DNA of 64,000 nt from Octopus vulgaris (Eukaryota): positions 62,496,001 to 62,560,000 of the forward strand of contig OX597825.1 of NCBI GenBank assembly GCA_951406725.2. Reading direction: 5' to 3'. The notes below the pieces were generated by a model that was not told the DNA's origin, did not search any database, and was given only the letters and a program-made list of their open reading frames with translations. Position 1 is the stretch's first letter; the number at the start of each line of letters is the position of its first letter. Made by a program: the position numbers and the translations under genes. Positions 12,081-25,240 of the stretch are shown in pieces.

Positions 12081-12989
12081 ATTATATTTATCCTCAAATG
12101 CTTCAAAATATCACTGTAGAATTCTCGATGGATGGTCTGACCCTGGGGGAAAGAATTCTTGATGCACCGTACCATATCTCTGGAAGTGACTCTCGTGGCA
12201 CGACTTCCAAATTGCTCATCGTGTTCTAGGAACAGCCCTCCACTTTACAAAGTGCCCGTGGCACTTAATACATTGCGTACAACCCATTGTCTCATTGCCA
12301 TAAGCTTTCTGAAGCATGCTCAATGTCTCTGTGGCAGATTTCCCAAGTTTAATGCAAAATTTCATGCTGGCTCTTTGTTCCTGTCCATGACAAAATCACA
12401 GACTACAGCATACATGTGATCACAAAAGCAAAAATTTCACAATTTGTGAAGTAAACATGGTGATGTCACTTGGCACACTGGCTCATGAAGGTCACTGCTA
12501 ATTATCACTGTGCACACAACCGTATATTGCCATTATTGACATACTACTGAACTAATCCAAAAAATTTTTGATACAACCTCATATGTGTATATACAAGCAT
12601 GTGTATATATATATATGCATTTATATATAATTGTTTGTGTCTTTGAAATTCTTATAACAACCTTCCATATATTGTATAACATTTCTCGTCCTACCTTTTA
12701 TAGCTGCAGGTGTTTTTCCCATTCTGTATTCTTATTTCATTTTTTTTGTAATTCCTACTGAAAGTCTTATATTATTAATATCGTTATATAACTGTTACAT
12801 GCTATATTAGCGAGCATGATATTTTCTTACAGTTTTAGGACAAGTCCATTCAAATCACAAGAATTTTTCTTTGGATTCTTATTGCAGAATACTTAATGAC
12901 ATTTTTCTTTGCAGGTTGACGATGCAAGTCTCATTTACAATATTCTTCAGCCTCTTAGGTAACAGTTTGGTAGCAGTACTAATTGCAAC

Positions 12990-13048
12990 AATTATTATTA
13001 TTATCATCATCATCATCATCATCATCATAATCATCATCATCATCATCG

Positions 13049-13086
<38 letters not shown>

Positions 13087-13179
13087 GGTATTATTATTAT
13101 TATTATTATTATCATCATCATCATCATTATTATAATTATAATTATTATTATTATTATTATTATCGTTATTATTATCATT

Positions 13180-13217
<38 letters not shown>

Positions 13218-13270
13218 TATTATTATTATTATTATCATCATCATCATCATTATTATCATCATCATCATCA

Positions 13271-13323
<53 letters not shown>

Positions 13324-13339
13324 CTCATCATCATCATCA

Positions 13340-13385
<46 letters not shown>

Positions 13386-13398
13386 CATCATCATCATT

Positions 13399-13442
<44 letters not shown>

Positions 13443-13471
13443 CATTATTATTATCATCATCATCATCATCA

Positions 13472-13517
<46 letters not shown>

Positions 13518-13570
13518 CATTATCATCATCATCATCATCATCATCATCATTATTATTATTATTATTATTA
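12990..13570. repeat. 580 bp compound (ATT)n/(ATC)n microsatellite
   Basis: Directly visible. It is the source of the poly-I, poly-M and poly-N/D ORFs. Confidence 0.98.
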
Positions 13571-14400
13571 ATGCCTTGTTCTTTCAATTTTGTTTTCATT
13601 TCTTGCCGAGTGTCTTCCCAACACCTAGAGCAAAGAAACTCACTGTATACATTAGTAGGCCATTAACATAAACACACCAAATTGTTAATTTACAGAGTTA
13701 TGTGACAGAAAGAAAAGGAAGAAAGAAAGAGGAAAGAAAGAAAGTCTGCATATTATGCATGAACTCATTAGTAAATTATTTGTTCTCCTTCATGAAGCTT
13801 CTTACATCAGTCATAGATTTTAACGAGTCTTAGCTTTCAGTCATTAGATGTCTCAAGATATTTGGCCAGTCCAATTGTCGTGGTTTTATCAGAAGTTTCA
13901 AATTGGATCAAGCCTCGACCTCCTTGAACTCTGGGAAGGTAAAGACAATTTGCATCTGCCTTTTGGGTGGTGCATCTTATTACAAGTCAGCAGCTCACAG
14001 GTTTTCCTGTCAATCTTCCCTATTTCGTTCATATTCCAGTTCAACACATTGAACTAGAATATGAACGAAATTTTGCTTTGTCTATTTCTTTCTGTTTAGC
14101 TTAACCCAGTATTTGCCATGAAGGGGCTTTTCTTGCCATTCTTTTATCATAACATGTCGCTGTTCCAGTTTTAGTTTGGATTTCAGTTGTTTTACAACTT
14201 TTCTTGTTAATTTTTTTTTCTACATAATTCATAGTTGTTAGGTACTATGACTTCTGTTTTTGTATTTGTCAGCTTCTCAAAGACAGAAAACAGATTTTGT
14301 TTTTCTCGTATTTTGTGGCTATTTGTATCAGTTTTCCTTGCTTCTGAAGTAGGTATTTCTGTAATTCTATGGTAGTTATTTTGTAATAGATTTCTACCAC
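13571..14400 (-). mobile_element. Rearranged fragments of an R4/Dong-clade non-LTR retrotransposon, with its 3' end abutting (TAA)n
   Basis: Minus strand VLNWNMNEIGKIDRKTCELLTCNKMHHPK (cf. 'IDRKTRKLLT...HHPKADV.RLYLPR..GGRGL'), TIGLAKYLETSND and EWQEKPLHGKYW. The 3' UTR-like end runs into TAATAATAA at 13570. Confidence 0.7.
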
Positions 14401-14428
14401 TTTCGATACATTGTATGTACAGTATATA

Positions 14429-15330
14429 CAGGGTGGGGCAGAGAGGATGGATGTTTTTGAAATTACTTTTACTCAGCCCCAAGGAGAGGGTCATATGTCT
14501 GACAGGTACCATTCCATTTGTGGAACCATAGAATTTTTTTCTTTTCAGGAGAAGCCATGGTGCTGTGGACGATAGATCATTATGTGTTTGCCTACGAATT
14601 TACATGAAGAATAACGAGTCTGTCACAGTAGTTCAGCGTGAGTTATGGCACCACTTCAACATTCACCGAAAACAAGCAGTTCCCACCCATAACACAATTT
14701 TACGTTGGGTGAATGCACTTCGTACACGAGGTACACTAATGAATAAAAGACCAATGAAGGTGCCAAAAATGGTATGGACTCTGAAAAATGTGGAACGCAT
14801 CAGTAAAGCTTTAATACAGAGTCCAGATTGCTCTGCTCGGAGGCATTCCACTGAACATGACTTTGATAATCGATCAGTAAGGTGTATTTTGCATGAAGAC
14901 TTGCATTTCCACTCGTAGAAATCGATCCTTGGGCAACAGTTGAAACCATGGCACTATGCACTTTGCATGTCAGATGGAAGCAATTATTGAGGCAAACGAC
15001 AAACTCATTTTGTTAATGAGTGGTGAAGCTCATTTTCATCCCAATGGCATGGTGAATCAACAGAACTGTCGTTATTGGGCTCTTGAAAATCCGTGAGAAT
15101 TGCACGAAAGAAAACTCCACAGCCCAGATGTGATGATCTGGTATACTGTTGGAAAAGCTGCTGTTATTGGTCCTTACTTTTTTCAAAACAATAATGGAAA
15201 TGCTGTTATTGTGAACTCTGAGCATTACATTGAGATGGTAAGCAATTTCTTTGTTCCTGAATTATGACAAAAACATGCCTATTCGATGTGTGAGGTTTCA
15301 GCAGGATGGGCCACTGCCTGGTACTGCATA
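14429..15330 (+). mobile_element. rosa/DD41D-type Tc1/mariner transposase relic with 5' terminus
   Basis: TA|CAGGGTGGGGCA start. N-terminal HTH NNESVTVVQRELWHHFNI...PTHNTILRWVNALRTRGT. Catalytic region SGEAHFHPNGMVNQQNCRYWALENP...VIGPYFF...FQQDG with stops and frameshifts. Confidence 0.85.
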
Positions 15331-15410
15331 AGGGAATCCTCCTCCTCCTCATCATCATCATCATCCTTATTATAATTATCATCATCATCTTTATTGTTAT
15401 AATTATTACC

Positions 15411-15643
15411 TATTTCTTTACTACCCACAAGGAGCTAAACACAGAGAGGACAAACAAGGACAGACAAATGGATTAAGTTGATTAAATCGACCCCAGTGTG
15501 CAACTGGTACTTATTTAATCGACCCCAAAAGGATGAAAGGCAAAGTCGACCTCGGCGGAATTTGAACTCAGAACGTAGCGGCAGACGAAATACTGCTAAG
15601 CATTTCGCCCGGCTTGCTAACGTTTCTGCCAGCTAGCTGCCTT
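15411..15643 (-). mobile_element. Group C SINE with Tx1-like tail and 22-bp TSD
   Basis: Full copy, flanked by CTTTATTGTTATAATTATTACC (15389-15410) and CTTTATTATTATAATCATTACC (15644-15665). Confidence 0.85.
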
Positions 15644-15701
15644 CTTTATTATTATAATCATTACCACCACCATTATCATCACCTTCATCTTTATTATTAT
15701 T

Positions 15702-15922
15702 ATTCAGTAGTCTTATTTTTATCACGTGTTTTCACTGCATTACCAAGCACAGCTCTGTGTGCCTTGGGTATGGGCTGTGGTTTGTTGTTCTGCTCATATT
15801 TTCACTGTATTGAAAGTGCTTTATATAGGATGCGTGCGGTTCCTAGTAGTGTTATTTTCTGTATGTTATATACATTTTTAAGTCCTGGTGTTTGTATATC
15901 ATATAGATTATTTGGCCTGATG
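15702..15922 (-). mobile_element. R4/Dong-clade retrotransposon 3' end embedded in (TAA)n
   Basis: Minus strand TPGLKNVYNIQKITLLGTARILYKALSIQ* matches the R4/Dong C-terminal 'IQK..LLGTA.IL'. ATT/TAA repeats lie on both flanks. Confidence 0.8.
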
Positions 15923-17170
15923 TTTTATTATTATTACTACCGTTACTGTTATTGCTATTATTATTATTATTATTATTATTATTATCATCATCATCATCAT
16001 CATCATTATTATTATTATCATCATTATTATTATTTTATTAACAATACAAATATGTTTTACATAACTTCTGGATCTAAATAAGCTATTCAGCAAAATTGCA
16101 CTTTCACATGCTTCAAATCTAATTAAATTTACTCTGAAAAAGAAGCAGCATCTCAAATTTGGTGTTCCTATTGACTGTATTTTACACTACTCTCTTACAC
16201 AAAATCAGAAAAATATATCTATTTTTTCCTAGTAACAAATAATAAAATATAATAATGTGTCAAAATAAGGAATCATGTTCAAAATAAAATGAATTCTCCT
16301 TTTGCATTTATTGCTGATGGACTACAAAGAGCAATTATCTATAATTTCCTTAGAAAGTGCCATTAAGAATAAAAATCTACATAAAACGTTCCCATAAAAT
16401 TGGAACATGAAAACATAAAGAGTAACCAAAATGGAAAAAAGAAAACGGCAAAAATGTGTTTAATTTATTTCTAACTTTTGAAGAACTTTAATACAATATC
16501 TTCGAAACAACTTTTAGGAAGACTATTTTGGGAAATGGTTAACCAAGTTATTCTGATGTAAAATACAAATTAAATGTGCTCCGAATATATGACTCAATAA
16601 CAAGACATTATGTTATTACATATTTGCTAGAAATATATAAAAATGTAAAAAGTCATTGCACATGTATTGTAGATTGGGACTGACTAAAGAATTATGTTAT
16701 TCACAATAATCTCTTTAGTTTGCAAATGTCTACAACATTTCCACTATTGAGACATTTCTAACCTAATTTCACAAGTATGTTTTCGAATTATTATAAATTT
16801 GGAAAGATTACCTTCATATATGTTTATATGTTTCTTTTTTATTTCATAGAAAGGGAGCAATGACTTGGCTTTGTAATTGCTTTGAAATTGCTGGCTTGAA
16901 CTTTTGGTAGCTGGTGTGTATAGAGGTAGCAAAATATTTCAGAATGGTTGCTTTATGAAGAATGAAAGACTAGGAAGAAAAAAAGTTTAACATAGAGGTT
17001 AATGTTTTGAAACATTAAAGAAAGGAGTATTGGTATGTTTGGTGAAATTTCGAGGAACAAGATCTGTAGGAAAAGTAAAATAGATAACTGGAGAATGTAA
17101 TGTACGAAATCAATGGTTGAGTGATTGGACATGTTAAATACAATGTATGATATCATATAAGGCTTTTTAA

Positions 17171-17391
17171 CCCTTTAGTGTTCAGATTACTCTGTTAAAT
17201 GTAATACTTTTTTCACACAAATTGTTTTGAATTAATCATACATTATCTTACAGCTTTGAAGTTTCAATGGTGTGATAGTTTATTCTTAGAATGTCAATGT
17301 AGGTTAGGTGTAAGGGGCTAGATATGGCCAGTTTGAGTGTAAAACATGTAGAGTATTTGGGCCGGATATGGCCGGCCTAAACACCAAAGGG
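17171..17391. mobile_element. piggyBac-type MITE; a related partial copy lies at ~54790-54905
   Basis: TTAA|CCCTTTAGTGTT ... AACACCAAAGGG|TTAA: TTAA TSD with CCC/GGG termini. Confidence 0.85.
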
Positions 17392-17414
17392 TTAAACACA
17401 GCCTAAAACCTTTC

Positions 17415-17720
17415 CATGGCCCAAAATGTGAAATAGCAGCAACGTATTATAAATGAATGCCTTTATGGAAACCCAGCAAAAGTTAGAGAGAAGATCAGGC
17501 AAAGACGACTGCAACTATATGGTCATTGCATGCACCACCTTGAACTGGAAGCTTCTAAACTAATCATGTGGGACCCACTTCATGGTGATGTAAGAAGAAA
17601 ATGTTGCCACATTTAAATTAGCAACTTGATTGCAGACACTGGCCTGGAATGTACCCAGAACTTCAAGACAATAATGATGGACTGAAAAGTGTGGCAGGTA
17701 GACTTTCTTGGAACTCAGCC
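17415..17720 (+). mobile_element. RTE/RTE-X LINE ORF C-terminal relic
   Basis: INECLYGNPAKVREKIRQRRLQLYGHCMHHLELEASKLIMWDPLHG, cf. 'N..LYG..P.V...IR.RRL..AGHC.RH.E..A..L.LW.P.HG'. Confidence 0.75.
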
Positions 17721-17844
17721 TTGATGATAAAAAAAATTTAACAGCTGTGCCATTCCTGATATATAAACAATATCCACTAGTAAGGAACATTGTAATTTAC
17801 AAGAAAATCAGCAATTTTACTTTTCTCCTTACTTTTTTTTAACA

Positions 17845-18065
17845 TTTTTACTTGTTCCAGTCATGTGACTGTGGTCATGCTGGAGCACCGCCTTTGGTCG
17901 AGCAAATCGACCCCAGGATTTATTCTTTGTAAGCCTAGTACTTATTCTATCAGTCTCTATTGCTGAACCACTAAGTTACGGGGACGTAAACACACCAGCA
18001 TCGGTTGTCAAGCGATGTTGGGGGGACAAATACAGACACACAAATATATACACACACAACCATAT

Positions 18066-18112
<47 letters not shown>

Positions 18113-18272
18113 TACGACGGGCTTCTTTCAGTTTCCATCTACCAAATCCACCCACAAGGCTTTGGTCGGCCCGAGGCTATAGTAGAAGACACTTGCCCAA
18201 GGTGTCACGCAGTGGGACTGAACCCAGAACCATGTGGTTGGTAAGCAAGCTACTTACAACACAGCCACTCCT
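17845..18272 (-). mobile_element. Group A tRNA-derived SINE with internal (TA/TG)n microsatellite, the most abundant family here. Other copies at ~21175-21938(+), 23690-24400(-, two), 29085-29340(+), 29720-30150(-), 36497-36918(-), 41945-42510(+, two), 44343-44718(-), 47050-47230(+), 49975-50315(-), 54540-54780(-), 57250-57640(-) and 62595-62975(-)
   Basis: Head AGGAGTGGCTGTGTGGTAAG...GGTTCAGTCCCACTGCGTGGCACCTTGGGCAAGTGTC (A/B boxes). Tail GGCGGTGCTCCAGCATGGCCACAGTCAAATGACTGAAACAAGTAAAAGAG. May belong to the published octopus OK/OR SINE set, but I cannot assign which. Confidence 0.9.
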
Positions 18273-19859
18273 ATTCCTAAAAAAATATTTTTCTAGTCTT
18301 GAAGAATCTCACTTTGCCATTTCTTTCTAAATGCATCTCTTTCCAGCTTTGATAGAATTCTTCAAAATATTCTAAACACCCAACACTTAGTCTGGTCTAA
18401 TTGCCAACCTTTTAAAACACACTTGAAATCTTCTTCAATTTATAATCCTGTCCCTTTTAAAAAGTTCATTGAATCATTGTTTGGTTAAAGTATTTCACTT
18501 ACTACATTAAAACAAGCCAGATGTTTCTAATAATTGTATTAATCTTCGCAAATATATTTCCCTATAAACACATATGAAATAGCTGACAGTATTTTGGAAA
18601 AATAATCCTGTATTTTATAATTCTCAAAACTTCTACTTCTATTTGAAATTTAGTGTCTCTGTCAGCAGTATTTTCAAGTGGCTGTGCTGCAACTATAAAA
18701 GAAAACCAAGTTTACAAGTATTAGATGAAATATATTCACACATTCATGCTCAACATTACTTACCTATGATTGATTGACACTATCCATGAACAGACGCTGC
18801 CTAATTATAGGTCTTTCTCTCTGCTATATTTGAATCTTCAAAAAGAGAAGTTAACTATATAACATCTAATAAAAACAAACTTTAAAATATTAAATTCTTT
18901 ATGCTAAGTTCAACAAAACTAATAAACTGTGACTTAGAGAAGGTTTACGACTTCAATACGTAAATTATAAAACTTAATCACATGTAATTACGTTTTCATA
19001 TTTAACTCTTTAAAGAAGCCAAAATATTCCAAAAATGCCCATGTTACATAAAAAAGCTAATTATTGAATATATTAACAATAAATTAACTTTATATTATTT
19101 TTATTTGCATACTTTCATACATGATAATAAAAAAAAAAATGTCAAGTTGGTTAAGAAAAAAAAAACAAAAACAAAACTGCATGTATTGCAGACAGATATA
19201 TTTATACATAGGTACAAATAGTATATGTGTTTCTGTGAGCATTTGTATGCATGTACTATACATAGGTGTAATGCATTTTACTGATGTAGCCTTTGAAAAC
19301 AAAAATTTCAAAGTGAAATCAATTTTGTTAGAATGAGAGTCCAAATTAAACTCATTAAGTCTAAACAATCAGTCAGCTTTTCTAATGAACCATCTTTCAT
19401 GTTATTTGAAATCAGAATTTGCGTGGGTATATGCTTTCATTAGAGTTTGAGAGTTGTAATTTTAAAGTTGTTGTTTCATGTAAATTTTTTTAATGATTTA
19501 ATTTAGATAATTCGATAATTTTCTGCAAAGTAAAAAAATAGCCTCTACTGAGCATTAAACAACAGCAGTATATATATTTTATGTTGTTATTTAATATGCA
19601 TATAATAAGTAGAAATGAAACTGTGACGTAATGAGATACAAGAAAGAGTAAGTTAACAACTTTCATCTTTGATACATATTTTCAACTTATGATATAAGCA
19701 AAAAAAAAATTATTAAAAATATTACAATTACACATATAAAATATAATTTATTAATACAAAGAATATTTTTTTTTTTTCAATATTAAGGGTAGAAAATTGT
19801 CAGGAATAGGAAAGAGCCATTAAATTGTAAATAGCTTTGAATATTTAGCCTTATTAAGG

Positions 19860-20530
19860 TAACAAACTGGCAGAATAGTCAGCATGCCGTGAGCTGGCAG
19901 AAACATTTGCATTCCAGGCAAAATGCTGGCAGAAACGTTAGTACGCACGGCGAAATGCTTAGCGGTATTTTGTCTGCCGTTACGTTGTGAGTTCAAATTC
20001 CGCTGAGGTCGACTTTGCCTTTCATCCTTTCGGGGTCGATAAATTAAGTACCAGTTATGCTCTGGGGTCGATATAATCGACTTAATCCATTTGTCTGTCC
20101 TTGTTTGTCCACTCTATGTTTAGCCCCTTGTGGGCAATAAAGAAATAAGAAATATTAGCATGCCAGGCGAAATGCTTTGCAGTATTTCATCTGCAACTAC
20201 ATTCTGGAGTTCAAATTCTACTGGGGTCGATTTTGCCTTTCATCCTTTTGGGGTTGATTAAATAAGTACCAGTTATGCACTGGAGTCAATATAATTGACT
20301 TAATCCGTTTGTCTGTCCTTGTTTGTCCCTTCTGTGTGTAGCCCCTAGTGGGCAGTAAAGAAATAAGTATAGTAGTTCATGTCGAACAAAATGCTTAGCA
20401 GCAAATGTTGCTAGGGTTCAATTTGCCTTTCAACCTATTGGGATCGATAGAATAAGTACCTGTTGAGTATTAGTTTCGATGTAATTGACATTCCCTGAAA
20501 TTGCCAGTCTTGTACCAAAACCAGAAACCA
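19860..20530 (+). mobile_element. Triple-nested cluster of group C SINEs
   Basis: Three heads (CTGGCAGAA at 19867, 19894, 19926). Two Tx1-like tails end AAAGAAATA (20147, 20365), each followed by resumption of the interrupted host copy. Confidence 0.8.
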
Positions 20531-21594
20531 ATATCTAGTTTTCTTAAGGCAGTAAGCTGGCAGAAACATCACCATGCTCAGAAAAATGCTTTGTGGTTTT
20601 TCATCCCTCTTTACATTCTTAGTTCAAATTCTGCTGAGGGTGATTTTGCTACTCATCCTTTCAGGGCTGACAAAATCACTACAAATTGAGCACTGGGGTT
20701 GATGTAATCAACATACCTCCAATGCTGAAACTGCTGGCCTTGTGCCAAAATTTGAAACCAGTATTGAGTCTTGTCCTTTTAAACTCTATGTCCTAATTTA
20801 AACAAACAGGATTTTGTTATCCCTTTTATTAACATAATTCTAATGAAATACTATATTGATGTATTACAATTACTTTTTAAAATTATTAACTTACACTTGT
20901 TTAGTAAAATAACTAATCCAGCTATATTATTAAATTGGTGTTTGGAACACAAATCAACAAAAGGTTCTTCTATAAAATTATAATAGAAGGTTTCAGTTTG
21001 AATGTAAACTCTCTAAAACAGTTAGTTTCTTACTAATCTAAGGTGAGTAGGTTTTAAAAGAGATAAAGAAGTATTAAATATTCAACAAAGTAGTTGAACT
21101 AATAAGAGGAAGAGTGGCAATGCTCATGATATATACAGACCCTTACAGAAAGCTAAGGTCACGGTGGCCACAGCAGGAGTGGCTGTGTGGTACGTAGGTT
21201 GCTTACCAACCACATGGTTCTGGGTTCATTCTCACTGTGTGGCACCTTGGGCAAGTGTCTTCTACTATAGCCTCGGGCCAACCAAAGCCTTGTGAGTGGA
21301 TTTGGTAGATGGAAACTGAAAGAATCCGTCGTATATATGTATGTATATATATATATATATATATATATAATAAAATAATATATAAATATATGCATATATA
21401 CATACATATATGTACATACCTACATCTATATGTACATATACATGCATAAATGGGTGCAGGACATCAAAAAAACGTTGAACACAATGAGAAACGAAAACAT
21501 AAAAACAAAACCATGGAAACGAACTTGTTTCCAAACAAGACATACAACAGTAGTCTTTAGTTGTCCCTGTTTCGTCTACTCCACATTTCAAAGG

Positions 21595-21677
<83 letters not shown>

Positions 21678-22524
21678 TGTATGTATGTATGTATGTATGT
21701 ATGTATGTATGTATGTGTGTGTATATGTTTGTGTGTCTGTATTTGTCTCCCCAGAATCACTTGACAACCGATGCTGGTGTGTTTACATCCCCATAACTTA
21801 GCGGTTCGGCAAAAGAGACTGATAGAATAAGTACCAGGCTTACAAAGAATAAGTCCTGGGGTTAATTTGCCTGACTAAAGGTGGTGCTCCAGCATGGCCA
21901 CAGTCAAATGACTGAAACAAGTAAAAGAGTAAAAGAGTACATATTTTGGTGAACTGCTTGCAAGAGACTAAACATAACTAATGGACCCACTGGTTCTTTT
22001 GCAAAACTGATGGAATTTTGAAACTACTACCCACCCAAAGCACTGTACGTAGGTCAAATAGAAAGATATCAGAGTTGCTTTATGCTAATGAGCAACGATG
22101 CAAGATAATTTATAACTTGAGAAGAGACTGCAAATGTTTAGTAAATATCCCTTAAATATTTGGAAAGTTAACTTTATATTTTGATGAACAAAGTAATAAA
22201 AACAAATGATCTAAAACTAGAACACATTCAATCACAAATGCTTAAGATATAGAAATATTGAATTTTAATTGCAAATGGATAGAGATAATTATATTTAATC
22301 TGGACTATATTTTCCAGTCAAATTTTTCAGACTAAAATTTACGGCAAAAATAGTAGATGACTTATACACCAAGATGACTTTGGATGCTCAAAAATTCCCT
22401 GTGAAATGCAGTAGGATTTGGAAAAATAATGACAATATTTGAATGTTTACATAATATACTACGTCAGTTTGTATGCCTGAAAATAAGGTATGCCCATTTT
22501 ATATTGATATATGAAGGATTTATA

Positions 22525-22717
22525 ATTCGTTTTTGGATTTGGTTTGCAAGATTCTTTATATGAGTTCGTGTGTTGAAGCATATTCTATTGTGTCTGGGGA
22601 GAGTAATTTTCGTTTTGTGCCTTATAATGTAGCACACTCACTGGTAAAATTTCCACTTATTTCTTAATTTTATTTTCCTAAAATTTTTGTTGCATCTTGC
22701 AACCTTTTCAATAGTCT
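22525..22717. mobile_element. Unclassified ~190 bp insertion with a 13-bp TSD
   Basis: Perfect direct repeat TGAAGGATTTATA at 22512-22524 and 22718-22730. Small hairpin GTTGCATCTTGCAAC near the right end. Confidence 0.6.
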
Positions 22718-24111
22718 TGAAGGATTTATACTTTCTTGGAAATAGTTTAATGAAAATCGACTTACGATAGAGAATAGATTATATTAGTAATTATAGTCCC
22801 TTCCTAATTAATAAATAGAATGTTCATTGATTAGTTTACAGAATAAATTTTTCCAAAAGTAGAACAGAACAACTGCGAACTTGTCCTATCCATTATTGTG
22901 CAGGATAGACTCTTTTAAATGGTAACAAATTTAGAATAATCATTTCCATAATAATCATCATCATCGTTTAACATCCACTTTCCATGCTAGCATAGGTTAG
23001 ACGATTTGACTGAGGACTGGCAAACCAGATGGCTGCACCAGGCTCCAAGCTTGATCTGTCAGAGTTTCTACAGCTGGATGCCCTTCCTAACGCCAACCAC
23101 TCCGAGAGTGTAGTGGGTGCTTTTACATGCCACCGGCATGAGGGCCAGTCAGGCAGTACTGGCAATGGCCACGAAAAAATCGTGTTTTTTTTTTTAATTT
23201 CCAATAATGGTATGCCATTAATGAACTTGCAATCAGTTTTTCCCAGCTTGCCACCAATTCTTTCACTTCTAGCCTAAAAACTAAAACTTACAAGCCTGAT
23301 CCTTTTATTACCATATATTGCATATCACTCACCCTCCCAGTTCTTTAAATGTTTCTTTAACTCCTTCCATTTTGTTTATTTCTTAAGAAAATATTTCGTT
23401 TCTATGAGAGATTCTGTTATATTTTCATACAGTACCATACATTTAGCATATGCTTACCTCAAGTAAACTGAGATTTATATAAAAAGAGGAATATTTGGTT
23501 TCTGAAAGTGATAGTAATTCCCATTAACCCTCCAAAGCAACCTTTTACTTTGGCCAGTGTGATTTCATGTGATATTAGAGTTTTGCTCTCTTTCCAATTT
23601 ATACCACCTAGATATATCCTAAGATTTCTATTGTGTACATATAAATTTTATTGACTAGAGATATAGAGAGTAATTCTTTGTTTTTCTTTTTATTTGTTTC
23701 AGTCATTTGACTGCGCTCATGTTGGAGCACCGTCTTCTTAGTCCAGCAAATCAACCCGAGGACCTATTTCCTTGTAAGCCTTGTACTTATTCTATCAGTC
23801 TCTCATGCCGAACTGCTAGGTGATGCACCAGCATTGGTTGTCAAGCGATGCTGTGGGGACAGACACAAGCACACAAATATATACATACATATCTATCTAC
23901 CTATCTATCTATCTATATATATATATATAGATAGTTTCTTTCAGTTTCCATCAACCAAATCCACTCACAAGGCTTTGGTCGGCCTGAGGCTATATTAGAA
24001 GACACTTGCCCAAGGTGCCACACAGTAGGACTGAGTAACTTTTTTGACAAACTGTTATGTTACAGGTATGTAAACACACCAACTCTGGTTGTCAAGTGGT
24101 TGTGGGGGACA

Positions 24112-24245
<134 letters not shown>

Positions 24246-24584
24246 TACAATGAGCTCTTTGCAGTTTCCATCTACCAAATCCACTCACAAGGCTTTGGTC
24301 AGCCCAAGGCTAGAGTAAAAGACACTTGGCTAAGGTGCCACTTAATTGGACTGAACTCATATGGTTGGAAAGCAAGCTTCTTACCACACACCCATAACTG
24401 TGCCTATAAATATTTCAAATTAGTGACTCAGTTTATCTTCAGAAATTTTATGGAATTCAATTTTCCAAGAATTCATTAAATTTTGCAATGACAATCAGGC
24501 TGGCAGTATATTCAAGTTACCAAAAAATTTCAGTTCTGAAATAATTTGCAAATAACATGAAAACAAACAGGGTTTCTTTTTCAA

Positions 24585-25240
24585 GAATTTAGATATGTTA
24601 TGTCAGTGTACATGCACAACAGCATGTAAGTGCCCTGAGAGAAATGTTGGACATATGAAGCATCGGATGTGGTGTGCAGGAGAGACGTTTGCATTGGTAT
24701 GGTCATGTAATATGGATGGATGAGGAGAGATGTGTGAAGAAGTGCCACTCCAAAACAGTTGAAGGAATCCGGGGTAGAGGTAGATCCCGGAAGACATGGG
24801 ATGAAGTGGTCAAACATGACCATCAAACATTGAGCCTCACAGATGCAATGACGAAAAACTGAGACATTTGGAGATATACTGTGACTGTGAAGACCCAAAA
24901 AATGAAGTGAGTTCATGGCTTGCAAGACGGCCTGCTGTACTAACCTTGGATCGTAGGGTGACCAGCTGTGCTTGAGGAGACCTGTTGAGTCAAGTACATC
25001 AACATCAAAATAAAAATCAAATGGAAATTGTTGTTGTGATACCCGTGCTGGTGGCACGCAAAAAGCACCCACTACACTCAAGGAGTGGTTGGCATTAGGA
25101 AGGGCATCCAGCTGTAGAAACACTGCCAGATCAGACTGGAGCCTGGTGCAGTCTCCTGGCTTCCCAGACCCCAATCAAACTGTCCAACCCTTGCTAGCAT
25201 GGAAAACGGACGTTAAACGATGATGATGATAATGATGATA
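24585..25240 (+). mobile_element. 5'-truncated RTE LINE (ORF C-terminus, 3' UTR, (GAT)n tail)
   Basis: VQERRLHWYGHVIWMDEERCVKKCHSKTVEGIRGRGRSRKTWDEVV is the RTE 'RLRW.GHV.R....G.R.RGRP.KTW' motif. Ends GGAAAACGGACGTTAAACGATGATGAT. Confidence 0.9.

Larger units (their letters stand above)
11306..12581 (-). mobile_element. Internally deleted mariner element with both TIRs, carrying nested insertions
   Basis: TA|CAAGGTGGTATCAAAAAGT ... ATTTTTGATACAACCTCA|TA. Minus-strand remnants FPQGQTIHREFYSDILKHLR and LTENDFQAKFQKWQKCWNQCI. Confidence 0.8.

Noticed and set aside
12871-13671. Long ORFs (266, 223 and 206 aa) of poly-I/M/N/D, and the similar ORFs at 25845-26319, 38479-39424 and 57857-58501
   Set aside because: They are open only because trinucleotide repeats lack stops in some frames. 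Overlapping ORFs on both strands, no domain.
18005-18244. Recurrent ORF ...[40 protein letters not shown] that looks like a multigene family
   Set aside because: It is the antisense reading of the group A SINE head, not a protein family.
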